Positions 10,038-19,881 of a DNA stretch of 64,000 nucleotides are shown in pieces. Origin of the DNA: Patescibacteria group bacterium. Its GTDB lineage: Bacteria; Patescibacteriota; UBA1384; XYA2-FULL-43-10; 1-14-0-10-43-13. The notes below the pieces were generated by a model. That model ran no database searches. It was not told where the DNA came from and saw only the letters and a list, made by a program, of their open reading frames with translations. Location: the NCBI GenBank assembly GCA_041666325.1, contig JBAYHC010000002.1, positions 157,319-221,318 on the forward strand. Direction: 5' to 3'. Position 1 is the first letter of the stretch; every line of letters begins with the position of its first letter. Both the position numbers and the translations under genes were made by a program.

Positions 10038-10090
10038 GTTTGCGACGATCGAGCTTGTCTGGTCTTGCCAAACAATTTCGATCGCCGCAA
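10038..10090 (-). repeat. Leader hairpin L2 (copy 2)
   Basis: ttgcggcgatcga...tcgatcgtcgcaa stem on the minus strand; homologous to L1. Confidence 0.8.
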
Positions 10091-10141
10091 CGTGTCGACT
10101 TTGAGAAAAATCTATTCTTTCTGATTGTTAAAGAACGTAAT

Positions 10142-10170
10142 ATCATATCATAATTTATTAAAATTGTCAA
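10142..10170 (-). promoter_or_regulatory. Sigma70 promoter for the cassette pair
   Basis: TTGACA-17 nt-TATGAT on the minus strand. Confidence 0.7.
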
Positions 10171-10190
10171 TAGAGCCAAGGACAGACTGC

Positions 10191-10218
10191 TTGACATTGG
10201 GTCGTATTGTGATATCAT
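10191..10218 (+). promoter_or_regulatory. Divergent sigma70 promoter
   Basis: TTGACA-16 nt-TATCAT. Confidence 0.55.
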
Positions 10219-10277
10219 GATGGCTAGCTTAATCAGCTACTTGCTGATTGGGACTATATGGGAAAGAGGATAACCAC

Positions 10278-11066
10278 GTGGATGGAAGTCAGGGGGCTAT
10301 TCGTGTCTATCTGATTTGGCTGCCTAATCCAGGCGGCAAAACATTGAAGAGCTATTATGATGATTGGCGGGTATATCCTTCACACATCAATAGCGAGGCT
10401 CGCACTCCGGATTGCGGAGTAAGAGTCGAAAGTCCGCGAGCGTTCACTTATGAAGAGTGCATGCTGTTTAAGCATCCGACCCAGAACATCTATTTTGCCT
10501 ATCCGGTTGTTGGCGGTGAGCCTTTCTTGATGCCGGGGGTTTACTCGCCGTACGAAGTGATTTGGAGAGAAAACGCCAAGCGCCAGGGTGTATCGGGCAT
10601 GATTTACCATGATCGCACACCCACTTACTTTCGGATTCTTTGCGGCGCCAGCAATACCAAGGACCAGCAGAGTCCAAATCCCAGCCTGTCGGGGAATTGG
10701 AGTAGTGAGGAGCCGTTAAAAGATGGCGATGTTAGATTGTGCTGGATTGGTTGGCAGTTGACAGATACGGGTAACATTGTTGGCTATGCTTATCCGGCAG
10801 TCCAATCAGACGAAGCCGAAAAGGCCACTGACGCGGTAATGATTGATGTTGAGGCTCGCCGGGGTGTTGTCCAAGTAGAGAACCATATACTCATCCTTGG
10901 CGGTGACCAGAGGGCACGGGTTTCGGCTCGGAAGCAGGGCGACCATGTCGTAATTGTCATATCCGGCGGGACCCGTAATAACGGGACCAACGGTAGCAAA
11001 GTATTGGCGCCCGGTGTGCTTGATCTTGCGTGCGCTGATGGCGTGTCTTTTGCTCCATTAGGCTAG
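10278..11066 (+). CDS. Hypothetical protein
   Basis: GTG start after AGAGGA; terminator-like hairpin at ~11077-11102; no recognised motif. Confidence 0.75.
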   Translation: MDGSQGAIRVYLIWLPNPGGKTLKSYYDDWRVYPSHINSEARTPDCGVRVESPRAFTYEECMLFKHPTQNIYFAYPVVGGEPFLMPGVYSPYEVIWRENAKRQGVSGMIYHDRTPTYFRILCGASNTKDQQSPNPSLSGNWSSEEPLKDGDVRLCWIGWQLTDTGNIVGYAYPAVQSDEAEKATDAVMIDVEARRGVVQVENHILILGGDQRARVSARKQGDHVVIVISGGTRNNGTNGSKVLAPGVLDLACADGVSFAPLG

Positions 11067-11203
11067 ATTGCTGTTGCGCTGCCCGCTGGGTGGCGCTTTT
11101 TTCATTCTGCGACTCCCTGCTTCATTTTCAGATCAAAACGTGTTACATTACAGACAATCACAAAGCTATGATTTAGAGGGCTAGTAACCCAAAAAGGAGT
11201 TCT

Positions 11204-12487
11204 ATGCTCGACATCAAAATAATTCGCGATAATCCGGAAGAGATAAAGCGCAGCATTACCAGAAAAGGTGCTGACTCTAATCTGGTTGACCAAGCGCTGG
11301 AGACTGATGAGAAGCGCCGCCAAGTTTTGGCTGAGATCGAACAAGTGCAGAGCGAACTCAATAGGCGTTCTTCTGATATTGCTCGACTGCATGGTCAGCA
11401 AAAAATTGATGCAATCAAAGAGGCCTCTCTTCTGTCCGACAAAGTCAAGGAACTAAAGCCGAAGGTTGATGAGATTAACGTCGACTTTAGAAAGATTATG
11501 CTAGATATTCCTAATCCGCCAGCTGACGATGTTATCGATGGTAAATCCGACAAAGACAACACGGTAAATAGGAAATGGGGTACTCCACCGCAATTTGATT
11601 TTCAGCCGAAAGACCATGTTAGCTTGGGCGAGACGCTCAACCTTATCGACATTGAACGAGCCGGCAAAATTTCAGGTTCTAGGTTTTATTTCTTAAAAAA
11701 CGAACTCGTGTTACTCGAGTTTGCCTTAATTAGGTATGCTTTTGATGTTTTGGTTGAAAATGGGTTTCAGCCGATGCTGCCGCCAGTGCTTCTTAATAGA
11801 CGAACGATGGAGGGCGCCGGCTATATTCCAGGCGGCGAAGATGAGATTTATCGAACTCAGGACGACACTTATCTGGCCGGTACAGCCGAACAACCGTTGG
11901 CAGGGTATCACATGGATGAGATTTTGGAGGAGAAGGAGCTGCCTTTGCGCTATGCTGGTTTTTCCTCGTGTTTTCGCAGAGAAGCAGGCAGCCACGGCAA
12001 AGACGTCAGAGGGATACTGCGAGCCCATCAATTTGATAAGGTTGAAATGTTCTCGTATGTTTTGCCGGAAGAGTCAGAGAAGGAGCACGACTACCTGGTT
12101 TCTTTGGAAGAAAAGATTGTCCAGGGCTTGGGTGTGCCATATCAGGTGGTCAATATTTGTGCCGGAGATCTTGGCGCGCCAGCAAGCAAGAAGTTCGATA
12201 TTGAATCTTGGATGCCAGGAGAGGACAGATATCGTGAAACGCACTCGTGTTCGAATGTAACAGACTTTCAGGCCAGGCGATTGAATATCCGCTATCGCAA
12301 AGACGATGGTAAGGTTCTGTATCTGCATACGCTGAACGGCACAGCCATCGCAATCGGGCGCATGCTTATTGCAATCATGGAGAATTACCAGCAAGCTGAT
12401 GGTAGCATCGTGGTTCCAGAAGTATTGCACAAATACGTTGGGTTCAAATCAATAAATACAAAAGCAAAAACCCAAAGTTTAAAATGA
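11204..12487 (+). CDS. serS: Serine--tRNA ligase
   Basis: MLDIKIIR, GTAEQ, CFRREAG, HQFDKVE, TLNGTA. Confidence 0.98.
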   Translation: MLDIKIIRDNPEEIKRSITRKGADSNLVDQALETDEKRRQVLAEIEQVQSELNRRSSDIARLHGQQKIDAIKEASLLSDKVKELKPKVDEINVDFRKIMLDIPNPPADDVIDGKSDKDNTVNRKWGTPPQFDFQPKDHVSLGETLNLIDIERAGKISGSRFYFLKNELVLLEFALIRYAFDVLVENGFQPMLPPVLLNRRTMEGAGYIPGGEDEIYRTQDDTYLAGTAEQPLAGYHMDEILEEKELPLRYAGFSSCFRREAGSHGKDVRGILRAHQFDKVEMFSYVLPEESEKEHDYLVSLEEKIVQGLGVPYQVVNICAGDLGAPASKKFDIESWMPGEDRYRETHSCSNVTDFQARRLNIRYRKDDGKVLYLHTLNGTAIAIGRMLIAIMENYQQADGSIVVPEVLHKYVGFKSINTKAKTQSLK

Positions 12488-12531
12488 CAGCGTCAGGTAT
12501 AATATTATTTTTCATTTGAGGAGATAGCCCC

Positions 12532-12873
12532 ATGAAAATACTATTTCACATAAAGGGAGTTGCTCTGACGGAACAGGAGAATAATGATATTGAGGAAAAG
12601 CTACAGGGATTGTCTCGTTTCGTTACTAGAGATGAGCCAGTGACTATAGACCTGTTTCTAATCGATGAGGCGGGCAAAAGAGCCAAGAACGGCCCCGACC
12701 AGATCGTCCACATCAACGCGCTTCTTTCTGGCGAGAACATCTTTATCGAAGAGCGGAACAGCCATCATATGCAAGCATTCTCAGAGGCGTATCATCGCTT
12801 CAAGAGAGCTTTGGAAGATCGTCATCGTAAGATGATTGACGAAGCAAAAGATTCTAATACTATGATTGAATGA
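12532..12873 (+). CDS. HPF/RaiA-like ribosome-associated protein
   Basis: Size and pattern (K.I.I.G...LT, EEKL..L.RF, AF..AY..FKR.L); upstream of secA as hpf often is. Confidence 0.65.
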   Translation: MKILFHIKGVALTEQENNDIEEKLQGLSRFVTRDEPVTIDLFLIDEAGKRAKNGPDQIVHINALLSGENIFIEERNSHHMQAFSEAYHRFKRALEDRHRKMIDEAKDSNTMIE

Positions 12874-12894
12874 ATTAATCATTGGGAGGCGCGA

Positions 12895-13128
12895 GTGTCC
12901 AACGATCAAAATGAGCAAACGGGTGTGCCAAATGACAACACCGATCATGTTGCGGATTTGAATTTAGCCGACGATGCTGACTTGGATATGGAGATCTTGC
13001 CTGACGACGGGGGAGTTAAAGTTGGTGGTGTTTGGTATTCATCACTTCAAAGTTACTTTGAAAAAAGAGAGGAAGAGTTGAAAAAACGAGCAGCAGGCGG
13101 CAGTGGTGGACAGGATCAGGCCAAATAG
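12895..13128 (+). CDS. Small acidic hypothetical protein
   Basis: 77-aa ORF with GGGAGG RBS. Confidence 0.6.
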   Translation: MSNDQNEQTGVPNDNTDHVADLNLADDADLDMEILPDDGGVKVGGVWYSSLQSYFEKREEELKKRAAGGSGGQDQAK

Positions 13129-13265
13129 GTAGAATAGGTTGTCAATACTAAAATCCGAGTTGCAAATGCTAAATGCGTTTTCCGGTGACGAAAATCAAAA
13201 CATCTAGGTATTAAGTCATTTAGTTTTTGTTTGGTATTAGAAATTAGGAATTTGGAATTATTTTT

Positions 13266-16115
13266 ATGTCATTATTCGATTTAATCGTTAAAAGTCCAAA
13301 CAAGAAGGTTCTGCGCGATCTTCAAGACCAAGCGGAGAATGTTTCCGCTTTTGAAGACTCTATTAAAAAACTTTCTGATGAAGAACTAAGGGCAAAAACA
13401 GCTCAATTTAGAGAAATGATCGAAAGGGAGCGGAAAAAAGGATTGAGTGACGCAAATATTGCGACTCAATTACTTTCCGAAGCTTTTGCTGTTATGCGCG
13501 AGGCGATGCGTCGCGTTTGGAATGAGCGCCACTTCGATGTTCAGGTTATGGGTGGCATAGTGCTGCACCAGGGCAAGATTGCTGAGATGAAAACTGGTGA
13601 GGGCAAAACGATTGTTGCGGCGTTGCCGCTTTATCTGAATGCTCTTTTCGGTCGGGGCGCGCATTTGGTTACAGTTAACGACTATTTGTCCCGCCGTGAC
13701 GGTGAGGGCATGGGTGATGTTTACCACTTCTTGGGATTGTCGACGGGCATAATTCAAAGCAATTTCCAAACTTTCAAATTCGCCAAAAATGTTGATTATG
13801 GTCATTATTCTGAAGCAGAGGGCAAAAATCTAGAGCCCTGCTCTCGCACAGAGGCGTATGCCTGTGATATTACATACGGTACCAATAACGAATTTGGCTT
13901 TGATTACCTCCGCGACAATATGATTTTCCGACTTCCGGATGCCTCTCAACGCGAGCTTTATTATGCCATCGTCGATGAGGTGGACTCAATTTTGATTGAT
14001 GAGGCTAGAACGCCGTTGATTATATCTGCTCAAGCCGAGGAATCAACTTCTCTCTATCAACAGTTTGCAGCGCTTGTTCCGCGCCTGAATCCTGGCGAAG
14101 ATTATTCGGTTGACGAGAAAGATCGCGTTGTCACATTGACCGACTCTGGTATCCAAAAAATGGAGAAGATGCTCGGGGTTAAAAATATTTATGAGGGCGA
14201 TGGCATTGCTCTTGTCCACCATCTCGAGGAGGCACTCAAAGCTCATGCGCTCTTCAAGCGCGACAAAGACTACGTCGTCAAGGACGGCGAGATCGTTATC
14301 GTCGATGAGTTCACGGGCCGCCTTATGGTTGGTCGTCGTTACTCAGAGGGTTTGCATCAAGCAATCGAGGCCAAAGAGGGGGTCGAGGTCAAACAAGAAT
14401 CGCAGACATTAGCTACGATCTCATTTCAGAACTTTTTCCGCATGTACAAAAAGCTTGCCGGCATGACAGGAACGGCGGCGACCGAAGCGGAGGAGTTCTT
14501 TAAAATATACAAGCTTGATGTTGTTGAGATTCCAACAAACAGGCCAGTCACGCGTAAAGATTCTACTGACCGTATCTACAAGACATCAGAGGCAAAGTGG
14601 AATGCGATTGTTGCGGATATTAAGATATGCCAGGAGCAAGGACAACCTGTTCTTGTTGGAACGGTTTCGGTCGAGAAAAATGAGATGCTTTCCAAGCTTC
14701 TCAAGCGCGCCGGAGTGAAGCACGAGGTGCTCAACGCGAAACATCACGACCGGGAGGCAAAGATCGTCGCGAAGGCCGGAGAATTTGGTGCCGTGACTGT
14801 GGCTACCAACATGGCCGGGCGCGGCACAGATATCAAGATCGGCAAGGAGATTAAGGAGATTGGCGGTCTCCATGTCATCGGAACCGAGCGTCATGAAGCG
14901 CGTCGTATCGATAATCAGTTGCGCGGTCGTGCTGGACGCCAAGGTGACCCCGGTTCCTCTCAGTTTTATGTTTCTCTGGAAGATGACCTGATGCGTATCT
15001 TTGGTGGCGACCGGATCAAGAGCCTGATGAACTCACTGGGTTTGCCTGATGAGATGCCGATTGAAAACAGAATGATCTCTAAGTCGATCGAATCAGCCCA
15101 ACGCAAGGTGGAGGGCCACAACTTTGACATAAGAAAACATCTGGTTGAGTATGACGATGTCATGAACAAACACCGCGAGGTGATTTATCGCAAGAGACGG
15201 GAAATTTTAGAGGCAGAGGGTGGAAAACGAAAGATAGAAATCGATAATGATGAGGCGTTCGATGCCGAGGATGAGCAAACGACCCTCAGAGAGGAAATTC
15301 TAAGCATTATCTCTGATGAGGTCAGGCTCGTCTTGGAGTCTGTTGAAGATGAAGAGGCAGCGAAAAAGGAGCTCTCCGCCATATTCGGCACATCCGACCT
15401 CCCGCTGAATGAAGAGAAGCTCATCGAGATCAGTGAGAGGATGTATGACGAACGTGAGCGAAAATTTAGTCCCGAGTCGATGAGAGAGATCGAAAAAGCG
15501 GTCTATCTCCGCACGATTGATATGCTTTGGGTTCAGCACTTAACAACAATGGATGAGCTCAGAACCGGTATCGGGCTGCGTGGCTACGGACAACGTGATC
15601 CCCTGGTTGAATACAAGCAGGAATCATATCGTTTGTTTCAACAGCTGCTAAAAAGTATCGAGCTCTCCGTGGCGCGGACCATATTTAAGGTTGAAGTTAG
15701 GATCGAGGCTGCACCGATGACAGCTAAGCCTTTGCAATACGAGAAGCCAGATCTTGATGAGATTGGTGGTGTCGAGGATGAGGTTCTGGAGATAGAGGAA
15801 AAGACAGAGGAGGCGAGAGGGCGACCCCACTACGCTGAAGCTTCGCGGGGCGAGAAGGGCGATCCGTCTCGACGAGGCCGAGTCGAGGCGGAAGGCGGAA
15901 GTGAGTCGCAGCACGAAGCTCCAAATAATACTCGTAGCAATGATTCTGGGGGTGTGACGACCACTGTTCGATATGGCGGCAAGACGGTTTATGAAAGAAT
16001 GAAGGAATCATCAGGCGGACAGGTGGCGACGGTACGAGGCAAAGAAAAGGTTGGCAGAAATGATCCTTGTCCTTGCGGATCCGGCAAGAAATTCAAAAAG
16101 TGTCACGGAAAGTAA
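13266..16115 (+). CDS. secA: Preprotein translocase subunit SecA
   Basis: EMKTGEGKT, DEVDSILIDEARTPLIIS, QLRGRAGRQGDPG, C-terminal SEC-C GRNDPCPCGSGKKFKKC. Confidence 0.99.
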   Translation: MSLFDLIVKSPNKKVLRDLQDQAENVSAFEDSIKKLSDEELRAKTAQFREMIERERKKGLSDANIATQLLSEAFAVMREAMRRVWNERHFDVQVMGGIVLHQGKIAEMKTGEGKTIVAALPLYLNALFGRGAHLVTVNDYLSRRDGEGMGDVYHFLGLSTGIIQSNFQTFKFAKNVDYGHYSEAEGKNLEPCSRTEAYACDITYGTNNEFGFDYLRDNMIFRLPDASQRELYYAIVDEVDSILIDEARTPLIISAQAEESTSLYQQFAALVPRLNPGEDYSVDEKDRVVTLTDSGIQKMEKMLGVKNIYEGDGIALVHHLEEALKAHALFKRDKDYVVKDGEIVIVDEFTGRLMVGRRYSEGLHQAIEAKEGVEVKQESQTLATISFQNFFRMYKKLAGMTGTAATEAEEFFKIYKLDVVEIPTNRPVTRKDSTDRIYKTSEAKWNAIVADIKICQEQGQPVLVGTVSVEKNEMLSKLLKRAGVKHEVLNAKHHDREAKIVAKAGEFGAVTVATNMAGRGTDIKIGKEIKEIGGLHVIGTERHEARRIDNQLRGRAGRQGDPGSSQFYVSLEDDLMRIFGGDRIKSLMNSLGLPDEMPIENRMISKSIESAQRKVEGHNFDIRKHLVEYDDVMNKHREVIYRKRREILEAEGGKRKIEIDNDEAFDAEDEQTTLREEILSIISDEVRLVLESVEDEEAAKKELSAIFGTSDLPLNEEKLIEISERMYDERERKFSPESMREIEKAVYLRTIDMLWVQHLTTMDELRTGIGLRGYGQRDPLVEYKQESYRLFQQLLKSIELSVARTIFKVEVRIEAAPMTAKPLQYEKPDLDEIGGVEDEVLEIEEKTEEARGRPHYAEASRGEKGDPSRRGRVEAEGGSESQHEAPNNTRSNDSGGVTTTVRYGGKTVYERMKESSGGQVATVRGKEKVGRNDPCPCGSGKKFKKCHGK

Positions 16116-16297
16116 TAATATGTATTCAGTTAGCGCTTCGGAACAGATCAAGGGTATTCCATATAGTGTTTAACTTTAAGGTAGCGCCTTGAAAGAGCAG
16201 AAAGTATTATGAGGCTTTCAGCGAATGGCTTGAGAGAAAGAGGTGAGAAGTATAAAGGGTGGTTTCCAGGGCAAATAAGCAACACGCGGAGGTAGAT

Positions 16298-17875
16298 GTG
16301 GCGGCAAAAAACAAGGCATTATTAATTATTCTCGATGGTTGGGGCTTGACTCCTGCAGAAAAGGGCAATGCGCCACTTTTGGCAAAAACTCCAAACCTAG
16401 ATTATATTTATGCTACTTATCCAAAAACTTCTCTTGCGGCCTCGGGTCTAGAAGTTGGATTGAATCCCGGAGAACAGGGCAACTCTGAAGTGGGGCATTT
16501 GAACTTGGGGTCAGGGCGGGTTGTGTGGGAGAATCTGCCTCGCATTGGCCAGTCGATTGAGAATGGGGACTTCTTCAACAATCCTGCCCTTCTTCAAGCA
16601 GTAGACCATGCCAAGAAAAACAACTCTTGTTTGCATCTTTGGGGTCTGATCTCTGACGGCGGAATTCACTCTCATATCAAGCATGTAATTGCCTTGCTTG
16701 ACCTCGCCTCTCGCGCGAAGCTAACAAAGGTTCTAGTTCACTTTATTACTGATGGTCGTGATACCTCTCCGAAACAAGCGGAAAGCTTTGTCTCTCAGCT
16801 CGAATCTGCCATAAATCAATATCGGGTTGGCTCAATAGCTACCATGGTTGGTCGTTATTTTGCTATGGACCGGGACAAGAACTGGGATCGTGTTGCCAAA
16901 GCCTATGGTCTCATCACTCAGAATGAGGGTCAGCACTTTGACACTGCGCTGGCGGCACTTAGCTCTTCTTACGCTGCTGGTGAAAGCGACGAGTTTTTGG
17001 AGCCAAAAGTAATTGGTAATGGCGGGACAGTAGCGGATAACGATGCGATCATTATGTTCAATTTTCGTAATGACAGAGCACGCCAGATGCTTGAAGTCTT
17101 GACTAATCCTGACGCAGAGAATTTCCCTCATGAGCTGCCAAAAAATCTTTTTGTCGCAACTATGACGCAGTATTACAAAGACCAGCTCGCACCAGTTGCT
17201 TTTGAGAAGATTAATCTTGCCCAGACCATTGGTGAAGATATCGCTTCGCTTGGGTTGAGTCAATTTCATGTGGCAGAGACTGAGAAGTATGCCCATGTTA
17301 CCTATTTTTTCAATGGCGGGAGCGAAAAAGCCTTTCAGGGTGAAAATCGTGTTATCGTGCCATCCAAGAAGGTGGCTACTTATGACTTGGCGCCAGAGAT
17401 GTCTGCCAGAGAGATCACTGCCAAGATTTGTGAGTCCATTGGCAGGGGTGACGATTTGATTGTGGCGAATTATGCTAATGGTGATATGGTCGGTCACACT
17501 GGCAACCTCGAAGCTGCAATGAAGGCGTGCGAGGTCGTTGACCAGTGCTTAGGTGAGGTTCTCACTGCAGCGAGTCAGGCCGGATATCATGCAATTCTGA
17601 CTGCAGACCATGGCAATTGTGAGGTCATGATTGATGAAGTGACCGGTGGTCCCAATAAAGAACATACGACCAATCCTGTTCCCTTTGTTAATTTAAAACT
17701 TGAACAAGTTCCTTTTTCTCCCGTCCTGACCCCAAGTGATCCTGCCTCATACGCGCAGTATGCTGTGGGTACGCCAGTGGGGATTTTAGCAGATGTGGCG
17801 CCTTCAGTACTCGCAATTTTGGGCATCGATCAACCGTCCCAGATGGTCGGTATGGATTTAACAACCGCACTTTGA
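16298..17875 (+). CDS. gpmI: 2,3-BPG-independent phosphoglycerate mutase
   Basis: ILDGWG, GNSEVGH, DGRDT, AETEKYAHVTYFFNGG, TADHGN; GTG start after GGAGG. Confidence 0.97.
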   Translation: MAAKNKALLIILDGWGLTPAEKGNAPLLAKTPNLDYIYATYPKTSLAASGLEVGLNPGEQGNSEVGHLNLGSGRVVWENLPRIGQSIENGDFFNNPALLQAVDHAKKNNSCLHLWGLISDGGIHSHIKHVIALLDLASRAKLTKVLVHFITDGRDTSPKQAESFVSQLESAINQYRVGSIATMVGRYFAMDRDKNWDRVAKAYGLITQNEGQHFDTALAALSSSYAAGESDEFLEPKVIGNGGTVADNDAIIMFNFRNDRARQMLEVLTNPDAENFPHELPKNLFVATMTQYYKDQLAPVAFEKINLAQTIGEDIASLGLSQFHVAETEKYAHVTYFFNGGSEKAFQGENRVIVPSKKVATYDLAPEMSAREITAKICESIGRGDDLIVANYANGDMVGHTGNLEAAMKACEVVDQCLGEVLTAASQAGYHAILTADHGNCEVMIDEVTGGPNKEHTTNPVPFVNLKLEQVPFSPVLTPSDPASYAQYAVGTPVGILADVAPSVLAILGIDQPSQMVGMDLTTAL

Positions 17876-17942
17876 TACTATTGTTGGAGACAGAAAATTA
17901 GCGGTCCGATAGCTCTAGGATAGGAGTTTGCGACCCACAAAT

Positions 17943-18734
17943 ATGTCAGAAAGCCCACAAACAAAAGAAAAATCAGCTTTGGCAGAGCCGGCTGTATCGC
18001 AAAACCAAAAGAAATCAACACAGGAAACACCTTCTCATAAGAGTAAGGATGTTGTAATTGAATTTGATCATGTTACGAAGCGTTACCCCGGTCAAATTAC
18101 AGCTGCCGACGATGTTTCTTTTAAGATTTGCTTGGGCGAGTTTATCTCAGTTGTCGGTCCGTCCGGTGCAGGGAAATCAACTCTTATTCGCCTCCTCACT
18201 TGTGAGGAGCGGCCAACAGGGGGACATATCTATGTTGCTGGTCGCGACGTGACGAAATTAAAGCCCAAAGAACTCCCATTTTATCGCCGCAAAGTAGGTG
18301 TAATTTTTCAGGATTTCAAGTTATTGCCAAGAAAAACTGTTTACGAAAACATTGCTTTTGCGCTGGAGGTTGCCGATGCTCCGAACTGGGAGATCAAAGA
18401 GAGTGTGCCCAAGATTATTGAGATCGTTGGTCTCTCGACTCGATCTAACGCTATGACGGAGGAGCTTTCTGGCGGCGAGAAACAGCGTGTTTCTATTGCG
18501 CGAGCACTGGTGCATAAGCCCAAACTTCTCATTGCTGATGAGCCAACTGGAAACTTGGACCCAGTTACCACATGGGAAATTATTGAGCTTCTTTTCAAGA
18601 TTAATCAACAGGGAACAATTGTTATCCTCGCCACACACGATCGCGAGGTTGTCGACTCACTCGAGAGAAGGGTTATGAGCATGAAGAATGGTGCCATAGT
18701 CTCCGATCAAGAGAAGGGCAAGTATATCCTCTAA
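17943..18734 (+). CDS. ftsE: Cell division ATP-binding protein FtsE
   Basis: GPSGAGKST, LSGGEKQR, ADEPTGNLDP, VIFQDFKLL. Confidence 0.95.
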   Translation: MSESPQTKEKSALAEPAVSQNQKKSTQETPSHKSKDVVIEFDHVTKRYPGQITAADDVSFKICLGEFISVVGPSGAGKSTLIRLLTCEERPTGGHIYVAGRDVTKLKPKELPFYRRKVGVIFQDFKLLPRKTVYENIAFALEVADAPNWEIKESVPKIIEIVGLSTRSNAMTEELSGGEKQRVSIARALVHKPKLLIADEPTGNLDPVTTWEIIELLFKINQQGTIVILATHDREVVDSLERRVMSMKNGAIVSDQEKGKYIL

Positions 18735-18880
18735 ATCGAAGATTTTGAGGAAAGCTAGCAAATTTCTAATATCTAATCCCTAAACAAATCCCAATAACCA
18801 AATACTCAATTGACCAAAATTTTGAATATTAGAGCTTAGAAATTGTTTAGAAATTAGAAATTAGGATTTAGAAATTTCAC

Positions 18881-19792
18881 ATGAAACTTGTCTCATTCTT
18901 GCGCATAATCAAAACCGCCTTTGTCTCACTTTGGCGAAATCGTTGGCTTTCTTTGGCGGCAACACTAATTATGATATTGACGCTTATTACGATTTCTTTT
19001 TTCGTCAGTCTTTTATTCGTTACTAACAGGACGACAGAGACTTTGCGTGGCAAGGTTGATATGTCCGTGTATTTCGAGGACTCTACCTCGAAAGATCAAA
19101 TCTTTGCTACCCAGAATGTGCTTTTGTCCCGCTCCGATATAAAAAGTGTTGATTATGTTTCCAAAGAAAAAGCTCTTGAGCTTTGGCGTAAGCGCCACGA
19201 GGACAATGAGAAATTGAGGAATATTGTGACGGAAACTGATAATCCTCTGCCACGTAGTCTTGAGATAAAAACAGAAAATCCCGAGGATCTAGAAAAGATC
19301 AATGACCTGCTCAGCACCGCTGACTACAAACAGCTCATTCGGGAGGTTAGCTATAAGAAGAATAAAGATGTTATCAACCGTTTGGTTAAGATTACTTCTT
19401 TTATCAAGCTTGTCGGCTGGAATCTCTCCTCTGTTTTCGTTTTGATATCGATTCTAATAATCTACAATACAATCAGGCTGACCATTTTCGCTCGAAAAGA
19501 GGAGATTGAGATAATGAAGCTCGTCGGTGCATCGGACTGGTATGTTCGTGGCCCATTTGTGATAGAGGGGGTGTCATACGGCATAGTCGCTGCCGTTGTC
19601 TCAACTCTAGTTTTCTATTCAATTTTTAAACTCACTATACCGGATATCGAGCAATACCTAGGTTTGTCTAACCTTAACTCCTACTATCTTGGCTTGAATG
19701 CATGGTTTATAATATTATTGCAAGGCATCATTGGTTTAGTGCTAGGGGCGCTTTGCTCAGTGTTCGCAATACGTCGGCACTTGAAATACTAG
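18881..19792 (+). CDS. ftsX: Cell division permease FtsX
   Basis: NPLP, NTIRLTIFARKEEIEIMKLVGA. Confidence 0.96.
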   Translation: MKLVSFLRIIKTAFVSLWRNRWLSLAATLIMILTLITISFFVSLLFVTNRTTETLRGKVDMSVYFEDSTSKDQIFATQNVLLSRSDIKSVDYVSKEKALELWRKRHEDNEKLRNIVTETDNPLPRSLEIKTENPEDLEKINDLLSTADYKQLIREVSYKKNKDVINRLVKITSFIKLVGWNLSSVFVLISILIIYNTIRLTIFARKEEIEIMKLVGASDWYVRGPFVIEGVSYGIVAAVVSTLVFYSIFKLTIPDIEQYLGLSNLNSYYLGLNAWFIILLQGIIGLVLGALCSVFAIRRHLKY

Positions 19793-19881
19793 ATCAGTGT
19801 AGGCTGCGAGTGAATATGCGATAGCTTGTTTCTGGTTTTGCTGTTGGCATATTGGTTCAACTCTAACTACGACGAGGGGAC

